A stretch of 63,541 nucleotides of DNA, the filler included, from Octopus bimaculoides (taxonomy: Eukaryota), in assembly GCF_001194135.2 (NCBI RefSeq). It is 9 parts of 7 records of this genome, joined end to end, with 100 filler letters (N's around TTAATTAATTAA, not from the genome) between each part and the next. Parts side by side here need not be neighbours in the genome. Positions count along the whole stretch, not along the records: positions 47,690 to 59,566 come from NC_068983.1; positions 59,667 to 60,677 come from NC_068988.1; positions 60,778 to 62,256 come from NW_026297987.1; positions 62,357 to 63,541 come from NW_026362107.1; 5 more parts are not named here. The stretch is one strand, 5' to 3'. The position numbers and the translations under genes were made by a program. Shown here one piece after another: positions 51,876-63,541 of this stretch. Numbering within the stretch: the first letter of the stretch is position 1; each line of letters begins with the position of its first letter. The notes under the pieces were generated by a model. The model was not told the origin of the DNA. It was given only the letters and a program-made list of their open reading frames with translations, and made no database searches.

Positions 51876-52128
51876 TTAATTTATGTTTGTTATCGATTTC
51901 AAATCGAATTCCATGTGTGTGGCTGCACATTGTGCGTACGTCAATGGGTGCTTCTAAGCGTACGTGTCTGTGCATGCATGTGTACGTACAAGTGTGCGTG
52001 TATTATAGAGTGTGTGTATTTCACGATGTTTGTGAAAGACAAGTAATAAAGTCTCTATAAACCATAATCTCTAAAACAAGTACTGAGGGTTCCTTCCAGA
52101 TTTGCTCGACATCATTTATCATTTGTGT

Positions 52129-52183
<55 letters not shown>

Positions 52184-53059
52184 NNNNNNNNNNNNNNNNN
52201 NNNNNNNNNNNNNNNNNNNNNNNNNNNNNNNNNNNNNNNNNNNNNNNNNNNNNNNNNNNNNNNNNNNNNNNNNNNNNNNNNNNNNNNNNNNNNNNNNNNN
52301 NNNNNNNNNNNNNNNNNNNNNNNNNNNNNNNNNNNNNNNNNNNNNNNNNNNNNNNNNNNNNNNNNNNNNNNNNNNNNNNNNNNNNNNNNNNNNNNNNNNN
52401 NNNNNNNNNNNNNNNNNNNNNNNNNNNNNNNNNNNNNNNNNNNNNNNNNNNNNNNNNNNNNNNNNNNNNNNNNNNNNNNNNNNNNNNNNNNNNNNNNNNN
52501 NNNNNNNNNNNNNNNNNNNNNNNNNNNNNNNNNNNNNNNNNNNNNNNNNNNNNNNNNNNNNNNNNNNNNNNNNNNNNNNNNNNNNNNNNNNNNNNNNNNN
52601 NNNNNNNNNNNNNNNNNNNNNNNNNNNNNNNNNNNNNNNNNNNNNNNNNNNNNNNNNNNNNNNNNNNNNNNNNNNNNNNNNNNNNNNNNNNNNNNNNNNN
52701 NNNNNNNNNNNNNNNNNNNNNNNNNNNNNNNNNNNNNNNNNNNNNNNNNNNNNNNNNNNNNNNNNNNNNNNNNNNNNNNNNNNNNNNNNNNNNNNNNNNN
52801 NNNNNNNNNNNNNNNNNNNNNNNNNNNNNNNNNNNNNNNNNNNACCGAGTGGGTCGAAAAATAACTAGCATTTATGGACCAAGATCGATATGAGTGTGTG
52901 TGTGGGTGTGTATGTGTGGGTGCGTGTGTATGTGTGTGTGTGTGTGTGTTTGTGTGTGTGTGTGCGTGTATGTGCGCGCGCGTGTGTGTGTGAGTGTGTG
53001 TGCATACGTGTGTGTGTGTGTATGTGTGTGTGTGTGTATGTGTCTGTGTGTGTGTGGTT

Positions 53060-53600
53060 ATTGAGCCAAGACCAAGAGTGAAAAAGATACTTGAATCATA
53101 CAAAATAATCAAAGGCAAAAGGCAACCAAACAACAAGAAATGTACTTACCAATGGGGAAAAAAATGTAAACTATGGACTCAACTCCACAGTTAAAAACTG
53201 TGGTCGATCCAATTGTGGAAACTGTGAGAACTTTATTGAGGACACTACTTATAAATTTAAATCAGAACAAGTTTTTAAATGTGAAGGAACGTTTTACTTG
53301 TTCTTCATAAAATTTAATACATACTCAAATGCAATGGATGCAGGGAGGACTGCAATGGACAAGCGAATGAGAGTGAATGTTCACTCGCAACAAATACGTG
53401 ATCCCAAGACTAGACAAATTCCACTCAGAGAGCATCTGGGCACATGCGCGGAAACAAAATCTTCTTTTCCCATAACACTAATGTGCAGACAATATTGCAG
53501 ACCAAACTAAAAAGGAATAAGGAAAGTTCGTTTAGTAAAAAGTATAAACCACTAACGAACAGGTTATTAAAAAACCCAGTAGTACGATTATCCCTATGCC
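53060..53600 (+). mobile_element. Penelope-like GIY-YIG endonuclease remnant
   Basis: KNCGRSNCGNCENF...FTCSS*NLI...VHSQQIRDPKTRQIPLREHLGTCA; frameshifted. Confidence 0.7.
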
Positions 53601-55300
53601 TTTATTATCGTAGAATGTTGATTTAGCCTCATTCTTAAGGAAAACAAAATACATGTAGCAGTTATCATCTATCTTATTTGTTCCACACCTCTTTACCTTA
53701 TCCCACTTCTTGTAAACAAAGAAGCGGTGTGTTTTGGTATGTTTAATGGAAGGAAAATATCATTAATTGATAGCACTACTCGTCAACAGAATAATAAGCA
53801 ATAATTATCAATAACACTTTTATGTAAATACATATTATATCACTTATACATATCATTTTTTCTAACTGTCATATTATACATTGAATGAAGAAAAGTTTTT
53901 ATGTGATCTCTGTACGTTAACGGATAATGTTCTGAGACACAACCATTCTTTAAAAACAAAGTATTTCATAACAACGTCCGGAATAGACATAATTCGTGAC
54001 TCACCTCCATATGTTATGCACTTTCGACATTCTAATGCTCAAAAGGTAATGTATATTCCTATATTTTAAATATAATTAAGTTCTAATAAAGTTCTAATAA
54101 ATTCTCTGAATTTTCAGCTTCATTTCTCCAATTCCTCACATGTTTGGATTANNNNNNNNNNNNNNNNNNNNNNNNNNNNNNNNNNNNNNNNNNNNNNNNN
54201 NNNNNNNNNNNNNNNNNNNNNNNNNNNNNNNNNNNNNNNNNNNNNNNNNNNNNNNNNNNNNNNNNNNNNNNNNNNNNNNNNNNNNNNNNNNNNNNNNNNN
54301 NNNNNNNNNNNNNNNNNNNNNNNNNNNNNNNNNNNNNNNNNNNNNNNNNNNNNNNNNNNNNNNNNNNNNNNNNNNNNNNNNNNNNNNNNNNNNNNNNNNN
54401 NNNNNNNNNNNNNNNNNNNNNNNNNNNNNNNNNNNNNNNNNNNNNNNNNNNNNNNNNNNNNNNNNNNNNNNNNNNNNNNNNNNNNNNNNNNNNNNNNNNN
54501 NNNNNNNNNNNNNNNNNNNNNNNNNNNNNNNNNNNNNNNNNNNNNNNNNNNNNNNNNNNNNNNNNNNNNNNNNNNNNNNNNNNNNNNNNNNNNNNNNNNN
54601 NNNNNNNNNNNNNNNNNNNNNNNNNNNNNNNNNNNNNNNNNNNNNNNNNNNNNNNNNNNGTTCGCTCCAGTCTGAAAAAGAAGAGTCCTAGATAGGGGGA
54701 GGTAATTAGGGATTTCTTCCGGTATAGGGGAGATAATCGAAATCTAGGAGGTGGTAGAATTTGATTAATTTACCATGGTTTTTTCTCAGTGGGGTGATGA
54801 ATTTTCTTATTTAAATGTGTTAGCAATGGTTAAGTTTGGGTTTGTATTTTTGAATGAAAAAGGTTTCCTTATTTAATCTAATCTGTGTTGGTGTTTTAAT
54901 GGCACATTGATAGAAAGGAAAGATTATAAATTGTGGTAGCATTTGTTTTGCGCATTTCTCAATATGATCACTAAAAGGTATCATTCGGTATTCTGGGCAT
55001 GCAATCTGCTGGCGGTGCAGAGTGCATCTACGTCTGAGCGATAATCCGATTGACCCTGAAATGACTTACATATAATTGAACTGTGATTATGTATATCAGA
55101 AAAATATATATATAAGTCGAAACAATTTGTTGGACTTTTACGGTTTTTATACTTATTTATATAATATTATGTTATATATTATATTCATAGTATTTAATAT
55201 AATATTGTAATATAAATAAATTATTGAATGTCAATAAAATATCTCTATATTTAATTTATCTTTGTATATGTGCGTGTATACTTATTTATATGCATATGTG

Positions 55301-55339
<39 letters not shown>

Positions 55340-55550
55340 CCGCACACGCAAACATTACCTGGAAAAGTACAGGGCAAGTTATTACATCTGGTAAAGTACA
55401 GAACAAGAAAAGCTTTAAACTAGTGCAGCTGCAGATAAAATTTCGAAAAGAAATTACAGAAGTGATTTTGAATTCTCAAACGGAGGTTAATGCGAATAAT
55501 ATAGCCTGAACAGGAAAAGCTATCCCTATTTTGCAGAAAAAAGTGTAGGC

Positions 55551-55626
55551 GTCCAGCTATGAGACTTAAACTCACACCTCCGTGATTACGCGTCGCGGTG
55601 CTCTAGACCGATTAGGCTAAACTACC
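55551..55626 (-). tRNA. tRNA-like gene copy 1 (CGT anticodon-like; B box mutated; probable pseudogene)
   Basis: A box TAGCCTAATCGG, arm CCGCGA-CGCGTAA-TCACGG, T arm GTGAG-TTTAAGT-CTCAT, T6 terminator 8 nt downstream. Confidence 0.6.
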
Positions 55627-55862
55627 CACCACAAATTTTTCTCCAAATTTAAGATGTATAGAAATCTCGCTTTATGAGATGCTATCATGTTAAGTTCAAA
55701 TTACGATAAACGTAAACAAACAAACAAAGTTTGCTTTTAGGAGCGTTGTGATGTCTTAGAAAGTTACAGAAGTGATTTTAAAAAGTCTCAAACGCAGGAT
55801 AATGCTAATAATATAACCTGAACAGGATTAGCTACCGCTATTTTGCAGAAAAAAGTGTTGGC

Positions 55863-55927
55863 GGCCAGCTCTGAGACTCGAACTCACACCTCCGTGATTA
55901 CGCGTCATGGTGCTCTAGACCGACTAG
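55863..55927 (-). tRNA. tRNA-like gene copy 2, 5'-truncated at the inversion junction
   Basis: CCATGA-CGCGTAA-TCACGG, B box GTTCGAGTC, T6 terminator 8 nt downstream; first ~11 nt missing. Confidence 0.55.
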
Positions 55928-56068
55928 AACTTTTTAAGACATCTCAACGATTCTGAAAGCAAACATCGTTTGTTTGTTTACGTTCATCGTAATTTGAATC
56001 TAACGTATGATAGCGTCTCATAAAGCGAGATTTCAACACAACTGAAACTTGCAGAAAACTTTGTGGTG

Positions 56069-56144
56069 GGTAGTTTAGCTTAATCGGTCTACAACACCGC
56101 GACGCGTAATCACGGGGGTGTGAGTTCGAGTCTCATAACTAGAC
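56069..56144 (+). tRNA. tRNA-like gene copy 3 (inverted unit; D stem degenerate)
   Basis: A box TAGCTTAATCGG, B box GTTCGAGTC, T7 terminator at 56153..56159; positions 1:72 and 2:71 unpaired. Confidence 0.6.
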
Positions 56145-57742
56145 GCCTACGCTTTTTTTCTGCAAAATAGGGATAGCTTATCCTGTTCAGGCTATATTAT
56201 TAGCATCATCCTGCGTCTGAGAATTTAAAATCACTTCTGTAACTTTCTAAGACATCTCAACGCTTCTAAAAGCAAACTTCGTTTGTTTGTTTACGTTCAT
56301 CAAAAAGAAATATTTAGATTTAGAAAATATTCGCTTTTATTAAAACTAAAAATGTTATTACAATTTATTACTGTTATTTGTTATTACTTGTTACTTCTAT
56401 TAAAAATAGAAAATAATTCAATTCGAATAATTTTTGGTCTTTAAAAATTCATTTTCTTAATTATTAATTAATAATTAGAAATTTGAAAATAGGTTATAAG
56501 AAATAATAGTAGTACATAATTATTAGTACAATAAATAGAATTATACAAGAATTAGTAATATATTATCGTAAAATCTACCTATAACAAAAAATTAACGGTG
56601 AAATTTGTTTGAGTTATTGCTTAAGTTATTGCCAAGTCTTCACATTTTTAGTCGTGAACAATACCAATTTCTTACATAATAAATTTGCCTTTCATATATA
56701 CTATTTTACTTTACATAAAACTTAAGCTATATTGGTACTTCTGGTTCTCATTTTTTAAGTATTCTAGTGTGTCGATATTTTAACAAAATGATGGTACCTT
56801 TTTTAACTATAATGTTACTTGGCAAATTAAATAATTTTTAATATTCAAATTTTATCTTTAGCTGCAATATTGTAAGTAATAATTTTCTTGTTCTGTACTT
56901 TACCAGATGTAATATCCTGTCCTGAACTTTTCTAAGGGTAATAACTCGTCCTGTACTTTTCCAGATTTATAATCTTACGAATATCATTTCGCTTTCTCGC
57001 ATTTTGTTCAAGTATTCCATGTTTTTTTTCCAGGATATGCTATTTTGCTAATTAGTAATGTGTCAAATGTATCAATTAGCGGTGTCGTTGACAATTTTTT
57101 GTTACCCCAATGATGGCCGTGACATATATTAACAGTCCCCAAGAACTATATTCATAAAAAAGTACAGAACTATATTATCACCCTGAAATTTGAGAAACAA
57201 ACACTCAACTTTTTTCTTTTAAAACTTCATTACACGAGATTGATACCAGGAAATTCCTGGAATTGAGTTCTATCGTTTATGCTTAATTAAAATTTAGTTT
57301 GATTTTAAAATAAAGAAGTTAATTTTACTTAAATCCAATTTTTTGCTTTATATATATTTTTTTTTCATATTTTACGTCACATCTTTTTGATGCAAAATTT
57401 TGTTGCATGGGACCAGAACTAGGAACTTCTTCAAGCTTTCTTCTATCATTGTAGCTTAAATAAATATATTTTGCTTTTAAAATAAGGAAATTATTTAGAT
57501 CTAAACTTGACTGGTGGCATCATTTACTCTCCTATAACGTCGCTAGAAAAGTTGATTTAAACTTTTTTCTACTAAACCAAATCTTAATTTTTGTATATCA
57601 AAATGTAGCTAGGAACCAGTCCTCTTCAAAGACGTTAACAATTTTCTATTTGGTTAAGAACTGAATTAGCTACAAGCTCTGAAAATGCTGCGTATGAGGA
57701 AATTGTGGCCTTAAGAATATTAATCAACTACTACCGTAGTTG

Positions 57743-57779
<37 letters not shown>

Positions 57780-58503
57780 TAGATTGATTGCTTGGTAGTT
57801 AGATAAATTTAATGATTGATGGGTAGACTCCTTGATTCTTTGTTTGATCGATCGATTTGTGTCTATGATTTAAACAATGTTGACACAATTCACAGAAAAT
57901 TTCTGACTGGAGTTACGTTGACGTCACATCTTCTGCTGTGGAATCCCTTGTAAGTGACTGTGAAATGATATAGATATGGTTTACCTACTACTAGATTCCT
58001 CTTGTTTAGATAAGTTGAGCAATACCACAATGAATTTGCAAGACTATAGTAAAAAAATAGTGCGGTGAAATTGAAAAATGTACGAAGAAATAAAAGTTTA
58101 GCTTATACTCGAAATCGGATATGATTTGGTTGCATTGCATATTCCATGTTTTTGTTAAATCTTTAAGAACTATAGATTTCCATTAATTGTATTTAGCAAT
58201 AAGGTAATCACAAGTAAATACAGACACTGTCTTCGCTCTGTCATCCTTCACTCTGCAGTCAAGTGTGAAATGACTGAGATAGAATTACTCGCTTTTACGA
58301 CTATATACTCTGAGTGTGCAATTGAAATAGCATTTAATGAAACTAATAATCTCTGAACCACACTCAATGTATGTACACCACTGAAATCATGATATCATGA
58401 TTTTGCCAGAAAGAAAAGCTTTTCATAGACACACACAGGCACACACACACATACACACGCACACACACACACACATACACACACACACATATATATATAT
58501 ATG

Positions 58504-58563
58504 TAGATAGATAGACAGACAGACAGGTAGACAGACAGACAGATAGATAGATAGATAGATAGT

Positions 58564-58606
<43 letters not shown>

Positions 58607-58635
58607 TCAGATAGATAGATAGATAGATAGATAGA
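58504..58635. repeat. (GATA)n/(GACA)n microsatellite
   Basis: Seen directly. Confidence 0.95.
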
Positions 58636-59503
58636 AGCGAGCATCGTCTCAGTAGTGGCTCACAAAATCGCCAGACGCGTCTCGACTTTCTTGGCTGTTG
58701 TCGATGACGTGTATCTGCTTGATAACATCTCTAAACGAAATCTATCGCTCCACATTGAATGACACATTAACTGATATTGTAAGTTTGCTGAACTGAAATA
58801 AACTCGGTGCAGACAGTTGAAATAGCACCAAATTTCATATTCATGTGTGTACCATATTTAACACAGCCTGCCTATTTTAGTGTCGGTGCTAAAATAAAAA
58901 TTATAATTTAAGTTAAAACTGGCTGCTATCTTCTACAGGTGAAGTGCTACATAAAGGCTTCTTTCTTGCTTTATATAGCCACTTCATGTTAAATTTCAAG
59001 ATCATTGATGCAACTTTTGCTGATGAGAGAATAGGAACCATTAACAAAACATTGGATTATGCTAGTAACTAAATTACTCGGCTATTCATATATTCATTCT
59101 TCGGAAAATAACTATTCTTAAAGGTAACCAGTTCAACAAGTCAAAGAACTAAAAGAAATAAGCTTCTTCTTGTTTAGATGGAGGTCAGCTCCAATCAGGC
59201 AAAACTATGATAAAACATATGATCACCCCTTTTTTCTTTGTTGTTTTTTGAGATCCAGTTTATCTCACACTTTTGTCTAATCTTTTAGTTGTTTCACTCA
59301 TTGGACTATAGCCTTGTTTTGGAACCATCTGTAGTCGAGCAAATCGATTTCAATTCTTATTTTAAAGTCTGGTGCTTATTTTCTCATTTTTTTTTTTCCT
59401 TTTTGCCGAATAACTAAGTAGTGACAACGTAAACAAACAAAACCGATTGTTAAGCCGTGTGGGTATGACCAAGACAAAGACACAGACATACACGCAAACA
59501 CAC

Positions 59504-59566
<63 letters not shown>

Positions 59567-59646
59567 NNNNNNNNNNNNNNNNNNNNNNNNNNNNNNNNNN
59601 NNNNNNNNNNTTAATTAATTAANNNNNNNNNNNNNNNNNNNNNNNN

Positions 59647-60446
59647 NNNNNNNNNNNNNNNNNNNNGAGCCAGTGTCAACCATTCAACACCTGGTCCTGA
59701 ATGAATATTGCACGACTGAAAGTTGGTTGAGTGGAGGAAAGTGACGTGCTCATTTTCCCCTTTACGCGTTTCCCATTTGTTTGAAAGAACAAGGCTGAAT
59801 ACATCTTCGCGCCTTGTGTGCGAAGGTCTCATGGTACCAGCACATGCCATTTTTAGGTCTGTTGGTTCCCTGATTTCGAGAAGTACTGCGAGAATGTAAG
59901 CTGCTCCGAGACTTCGAGCGAGAGCAGCAGAGGTTGTCTACGCGACATGTGAGATTATCGATCCTGCCAAGAATGTCATCGTTGGACAAAAGAGAGGACT
60001 CTATCGGCCATTGTGGCCACTTGGTCCACAGTGTTTGACTCAAATGCCGTTGCTAGAATTGTTTGTACGTGCGACGGAAGACGAGAAAAAAATATCTTGC
60101 GGAGAAGTGGAGCATCTGTTGACTCTCCGCTCAGATCTCGCAAATGTGTCAGAAATTCTGTGGGAGTCCTGTCACCGAGCTGCTCGTCTGCCATCAGCTC
60201 ATTGAATCGGCTGGTGGCAGAACTGGTGGTCCTGCGTAGGATCTCGTTTTTCACCTCGTCATATGTGGCGTCGTCTTTTGGAGATGTGATTAGGTCTTTA
60301 GACGCTTTTGCAAGCGATGGAGGCAGATTGCAATAAAGCAACTTTAATCTCTTGGACGGCGAGATTTTGTAGACTTGGAAATAGGCCTCTAATTGAGTGA
60401 AATAGACATCGGTATCACCGATGAATGTGGGTAAACCATGCGACAT
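59647..60446 (-). mobile_element. Ty3/Gypsy LTR retrotransposon fragment: gag plus start of protease
   Basis: MSHGLPTF...YDEVKNEILRR...EQLGDRTPTEFL...IFFSRLP; frameshifted CWYHETFAHKARRCIQPC (CHCC knuckle); VDTGS motif at 59647..59661 before a gap. No LTR visible. Confidence 0.85.
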
Positions 60447-60777
60447 GTTTATTGGGATGACTCCGTCAAGGTAGGAAAAAGGAATGGAAAGAAACAATGA
60501 AAAACGAAGTCGTATGAAATATACGAGAGGCCAAAAAAGAAAATTCACCGCTAATGGAAAAGACACAATATTTTTCGTGTTCTTGTTTTTGTAAGTTACG
60601 GTGTGCACAAAAAAGAGGGGAAAAATAAAGTTGTAAAAACAATTTTTTTTTTCTTCGTGAGGGTTGTTGCTTTGTATNNNNNNNNNNNNNNNNNNNNNNN
60701 NNNNNNNNNNNNNNNNNNNNNTTAATTAATTAANNNNNNNNNNNNNNNNNNNNNNNNNNNNNNNNNNNNNNNNNNNN

Positions 60778-61140
60778 TAAGACGCTTGTTTCCCAGCCGG
60801 GGTTCAGTGTCATTGCGGGACACCTCCAAAACTGTCTCCTACAATAGCTTCGAGCCGATCAGAGTCTTCTGATTGGGTTTTGTACACGGAAATTGTAGAA
60901 AAGAAGCCAGTCACATATGTGTGTGTATATATGCGCGCGCGTGTGTGTGTGTGTGTATGTGTGTGTTCCTCACATCGCCTGACAACTAGTATTGGCATGT
61001 TTAGGTCTCAGTAACCTAGCAGTTCGACAAAAAACACACAACATAAGTACCAAGCTTTTACAAATAGGATAACTACTGGGGTCGATAGCTACGACCAAAA
61101 TTTCTTGAAGGCGTTGCCCCAGCATGACCGTAGCTTAACG
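60778..61140 (+). mobile_element. SINE family A, diverged
   Basis: Degenerate head, microsatellite core and ctggggtcgat...ccagcatgacc 3' module. Confidence 0.7.
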
Positions 61141-61149
61141 CATCACAGC

Positions 61150-61650
61150 ATATCTTTCCCACCTTCGTTACGGAAAGTAGTGTTTTTAACCTGTTCAATC
61201 TTTCGCGGTCACTAATCTGCTGCACTGAAGCATCGTTTGCCTCGAATTAATTTTACACTATGTGGTGGCCATAGATTGGAACAATAATGAAACTAGCAAA
61301 GAGCAAGTATCCTCCAGAGGACAATCATGGTTTCCTGCAGCTTTGTACTGAAACGTCTAAAGCTCAATCCATCCAACCACCTGAATTTCATTACCAGCTA
61401 CGTGATATGCGCATGAAAGTCTTTACCCTTAGGCAGGCCAAAGCCCAAGTCTCGCCCTGATTGTGATTCTCGGAATGAAATCCCTCCATGTTCAGTATTT
61501 TATCTGCTGATAGCTTAGGGTTTGGAACTTTCCAACATTAAACTGCATGTGATCTGTACATTTCACGACAACTGGGACCTCATATTTCTCGTTCCACTTC
61601 TCTGATTGAAAAGGTTAACATTTCGGTCAACGCAAATTTCATTAGATATT
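61150..61650 (-). mobile_element. CR1/L2-type LINE RT C-terminal relic
   Basis: Fragments HMQFNVGKFQTL, VGWI..TF, FHYCSNLWPPHSVKLI spread across frames. Confidence 0.55.
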
Positions 61651-61771
61651 TTACTATATTCCAAGTATTGAGTTCCTCTTTCACTCACCTTTCATTGTTT
61701 CTCTTGAACTTTCTTTAAAGTAAAACTATGTTAACAATCACGCACGTGTGTGTGCATTATGTGTGAGCGTG

Positions 61772-61809
<38 letters not shown>

Positions 61810-62060
61810 GACAACGATTCAAGTCAACGCAAATCACAGCCATTATGTTCCCACGCATAAACGCTTCCACGGAGACTGTTGATATCAGTAAGAAATAATT
61901 ATGAACTTTTTTTATTACACTTTTAGAAATATGTATTTTTAATAAGATTGGTTTTTTTAAGAAGAACCGAAACATGTAAAATATCTCTGAGAAAATTAAA
62001 ATTTATCTTATATAGTGGCGTTTTCAAACGTTTTTTAATAAATATATATATGTGTGTGTA

Positions 62061-62156
<96 letters not shown>

Positions 62157-62356
62157 GGTACATAATTATTGCGGCGTTTTTTCAAGATATTTTATTTAAT
62201 ATAAACAAGAACATGTAACAAAAACATCTTTAAATGATTATTCCGGAGAATATTCANNNNNNNNNNNNNNNNNNNNNNNNNNNNNNNNNNNNNNNNNNNN
62301 TTAATTAATTAANNNNNNNNNNNNNNNNNNNNNNNNNNNNNNNNNNNNNNNNNNNN

Positions 62357-62496
62357 GAAGGGCATCCAGCTGTAGAAACTGCCAAATCAGATTGGAGCCT
62401 GGTGTCACCTTCTGGTCCACCAGAAGGCAGTCAAATCGTCCAATCCATGCAAGCATGGAAAGCGGACGTTAAACGACGAGGATGATGATGATGAGG
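62357..62496 (+). mobile_element. RTE-type 3' tail with (GAT)n end
   Basis: gaagggcatccagc...gcatggaaagcggacgttaaacgacgaggatgatgat; similar to 40385..40495. Confidence 0.75.
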
Positions 62497-63250
62497 ATGT
62501 ATGTGTGCGTAGAGAGAGAGATTTATATATGAGCATAGTGATGCGTGCATGGGTATATATATGTGTGTATGCATAGACACATTGACATATGTATATATAT
62601 GTGTGTTTGTATGTATATGTAAACGTGTGTGCATGAGTATGTATATAGATATATATATACATACATACATGTGTGTGTGTTTGTGTGTGTATGTACATGC
62701 CTACATGTAGGTGTGTGTGTATATGTGTGTATAGGCAGATTCTATGAATGAAATATTACTTTCACCACACCTATTGGATTATTTCCCTTTGTCCACCTTT
62801 TTCTTTTACAAGCAACTAATTGTCATATATTATAATATATATACCCACATATAAGTATAAACTTACTCATTAAACATCACCACACAACACCGCCTCCTAC
62901 CTGTTTCTTCTGCCCCATTTAAACCCGCCAAACCTAAAAGCAACAATATTTGTGAAAATATTGTGGAAATATTGAATATTGAAAAATATTCATGTTGGAA
63001 ATAATGAAATTGTGTTGGTCGAAGGAGAAACGTCTTTGGAATTGTTGAAGACTGTCATGTCATGGATTGTCTGACAATGGAGAATATTCTCATGGAAAAT
63101 TCTTGATGCTTCTGTCGACTTTAATTTTATTCTTTGCGGTTGTGGTGGTGGGGTTCGTAGATGGGTGGGTTGTATTTTTTTGTCTTCAGTGGTAAAAATT
63201 TAAACCATTTTTTTCAAAAATAGATTTCATCTTAGAAATGGAAAACAGAC

Positions 63251-63305
<55 letters not shown>

Positions 63306-63541
63306 ACAACTCTCCCCACTCCACATACACACCAGAGGGACATATAATATACGTACATGCAGATAACGGTATCTTGTTCATACACAGACACTCATAAAAA
63401 TACAAACAAACCTAACACAAATACACACACATTTTAAAAATAAGTTGTACCAAAAACACGTCTGAACTAAAATTTTATCATTCTCCTTAAGGACTTTCCT
63501 TCAGATTCAGTGTGTGTGGGTGTATATAAGTATGTATGTAT

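Larger units (their letters stand above)
55357..56965. repeat. Inverted-repeat-bounded unit containing a tRNA-like array
   Basis: Perfect 32-bp inverted repeat 55380..55411 / 56883..56914 inside ~90-bp imperfect arms built from ~30-bp gaaaagtacagg subunits. Confidence 0.75.

Noticed and set aside
55551-56144. Functional canonical tRNA-Thr(CGT) genes
   Set aside because: Each copy has a lesion (B box, truncation or D stem), and all lack U33 and terminal acceptor pairs; kept only as tRNA-like.
60011-60336. Plus-strand ORFs of 64 and 107 aa
   Set aside because: Antisense shadows of the Gypsy gag ORF.

Overview
Eukaryotic, AT-rich, repeat-dense draft scaffold with many N gaps. It is most likely an octopus (coleoid cephalopod); this is inferred from the [10 protein letters not shown]-type zinc-finger array, the tRNA-derived SINEs and the microsatellite load. 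Only one convincingly intact protein-coding region is present: a 13-finger C2H2 zinc-finger CDS (44137..45324, minus), directly preceded by a decayed Chapaev3-like transposase fragment. Almost everything else identifiable is mobile-element debris. This includes at least four SINE families, a hAT element with a perfect 8-bp TSD nested in a DD37D (maT) Tc1/mariner element, a mariner 5' end, piggyBac-type and fold-back MITEs, and Helitron-like elements. It also includes RTE and CR1/L2 fragments, Penelope pieces with hammerhead-like cores, a Gypsy gag-protease fragment and five R4/Dong-like fragments next to (TAA)n tracts. The most unusual structure is at 55.35-56.97 kb: three tRNA-like genes with an atypical anticodon arm in ~310-bp units, one inverted, enclosed by inverted repeats. 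All family names come from motif recognition by eye; no database search was run, and boundaries of degenerate copies are approximate. I cannot claim a demonstrated novel system; the top findings are testable candidates.
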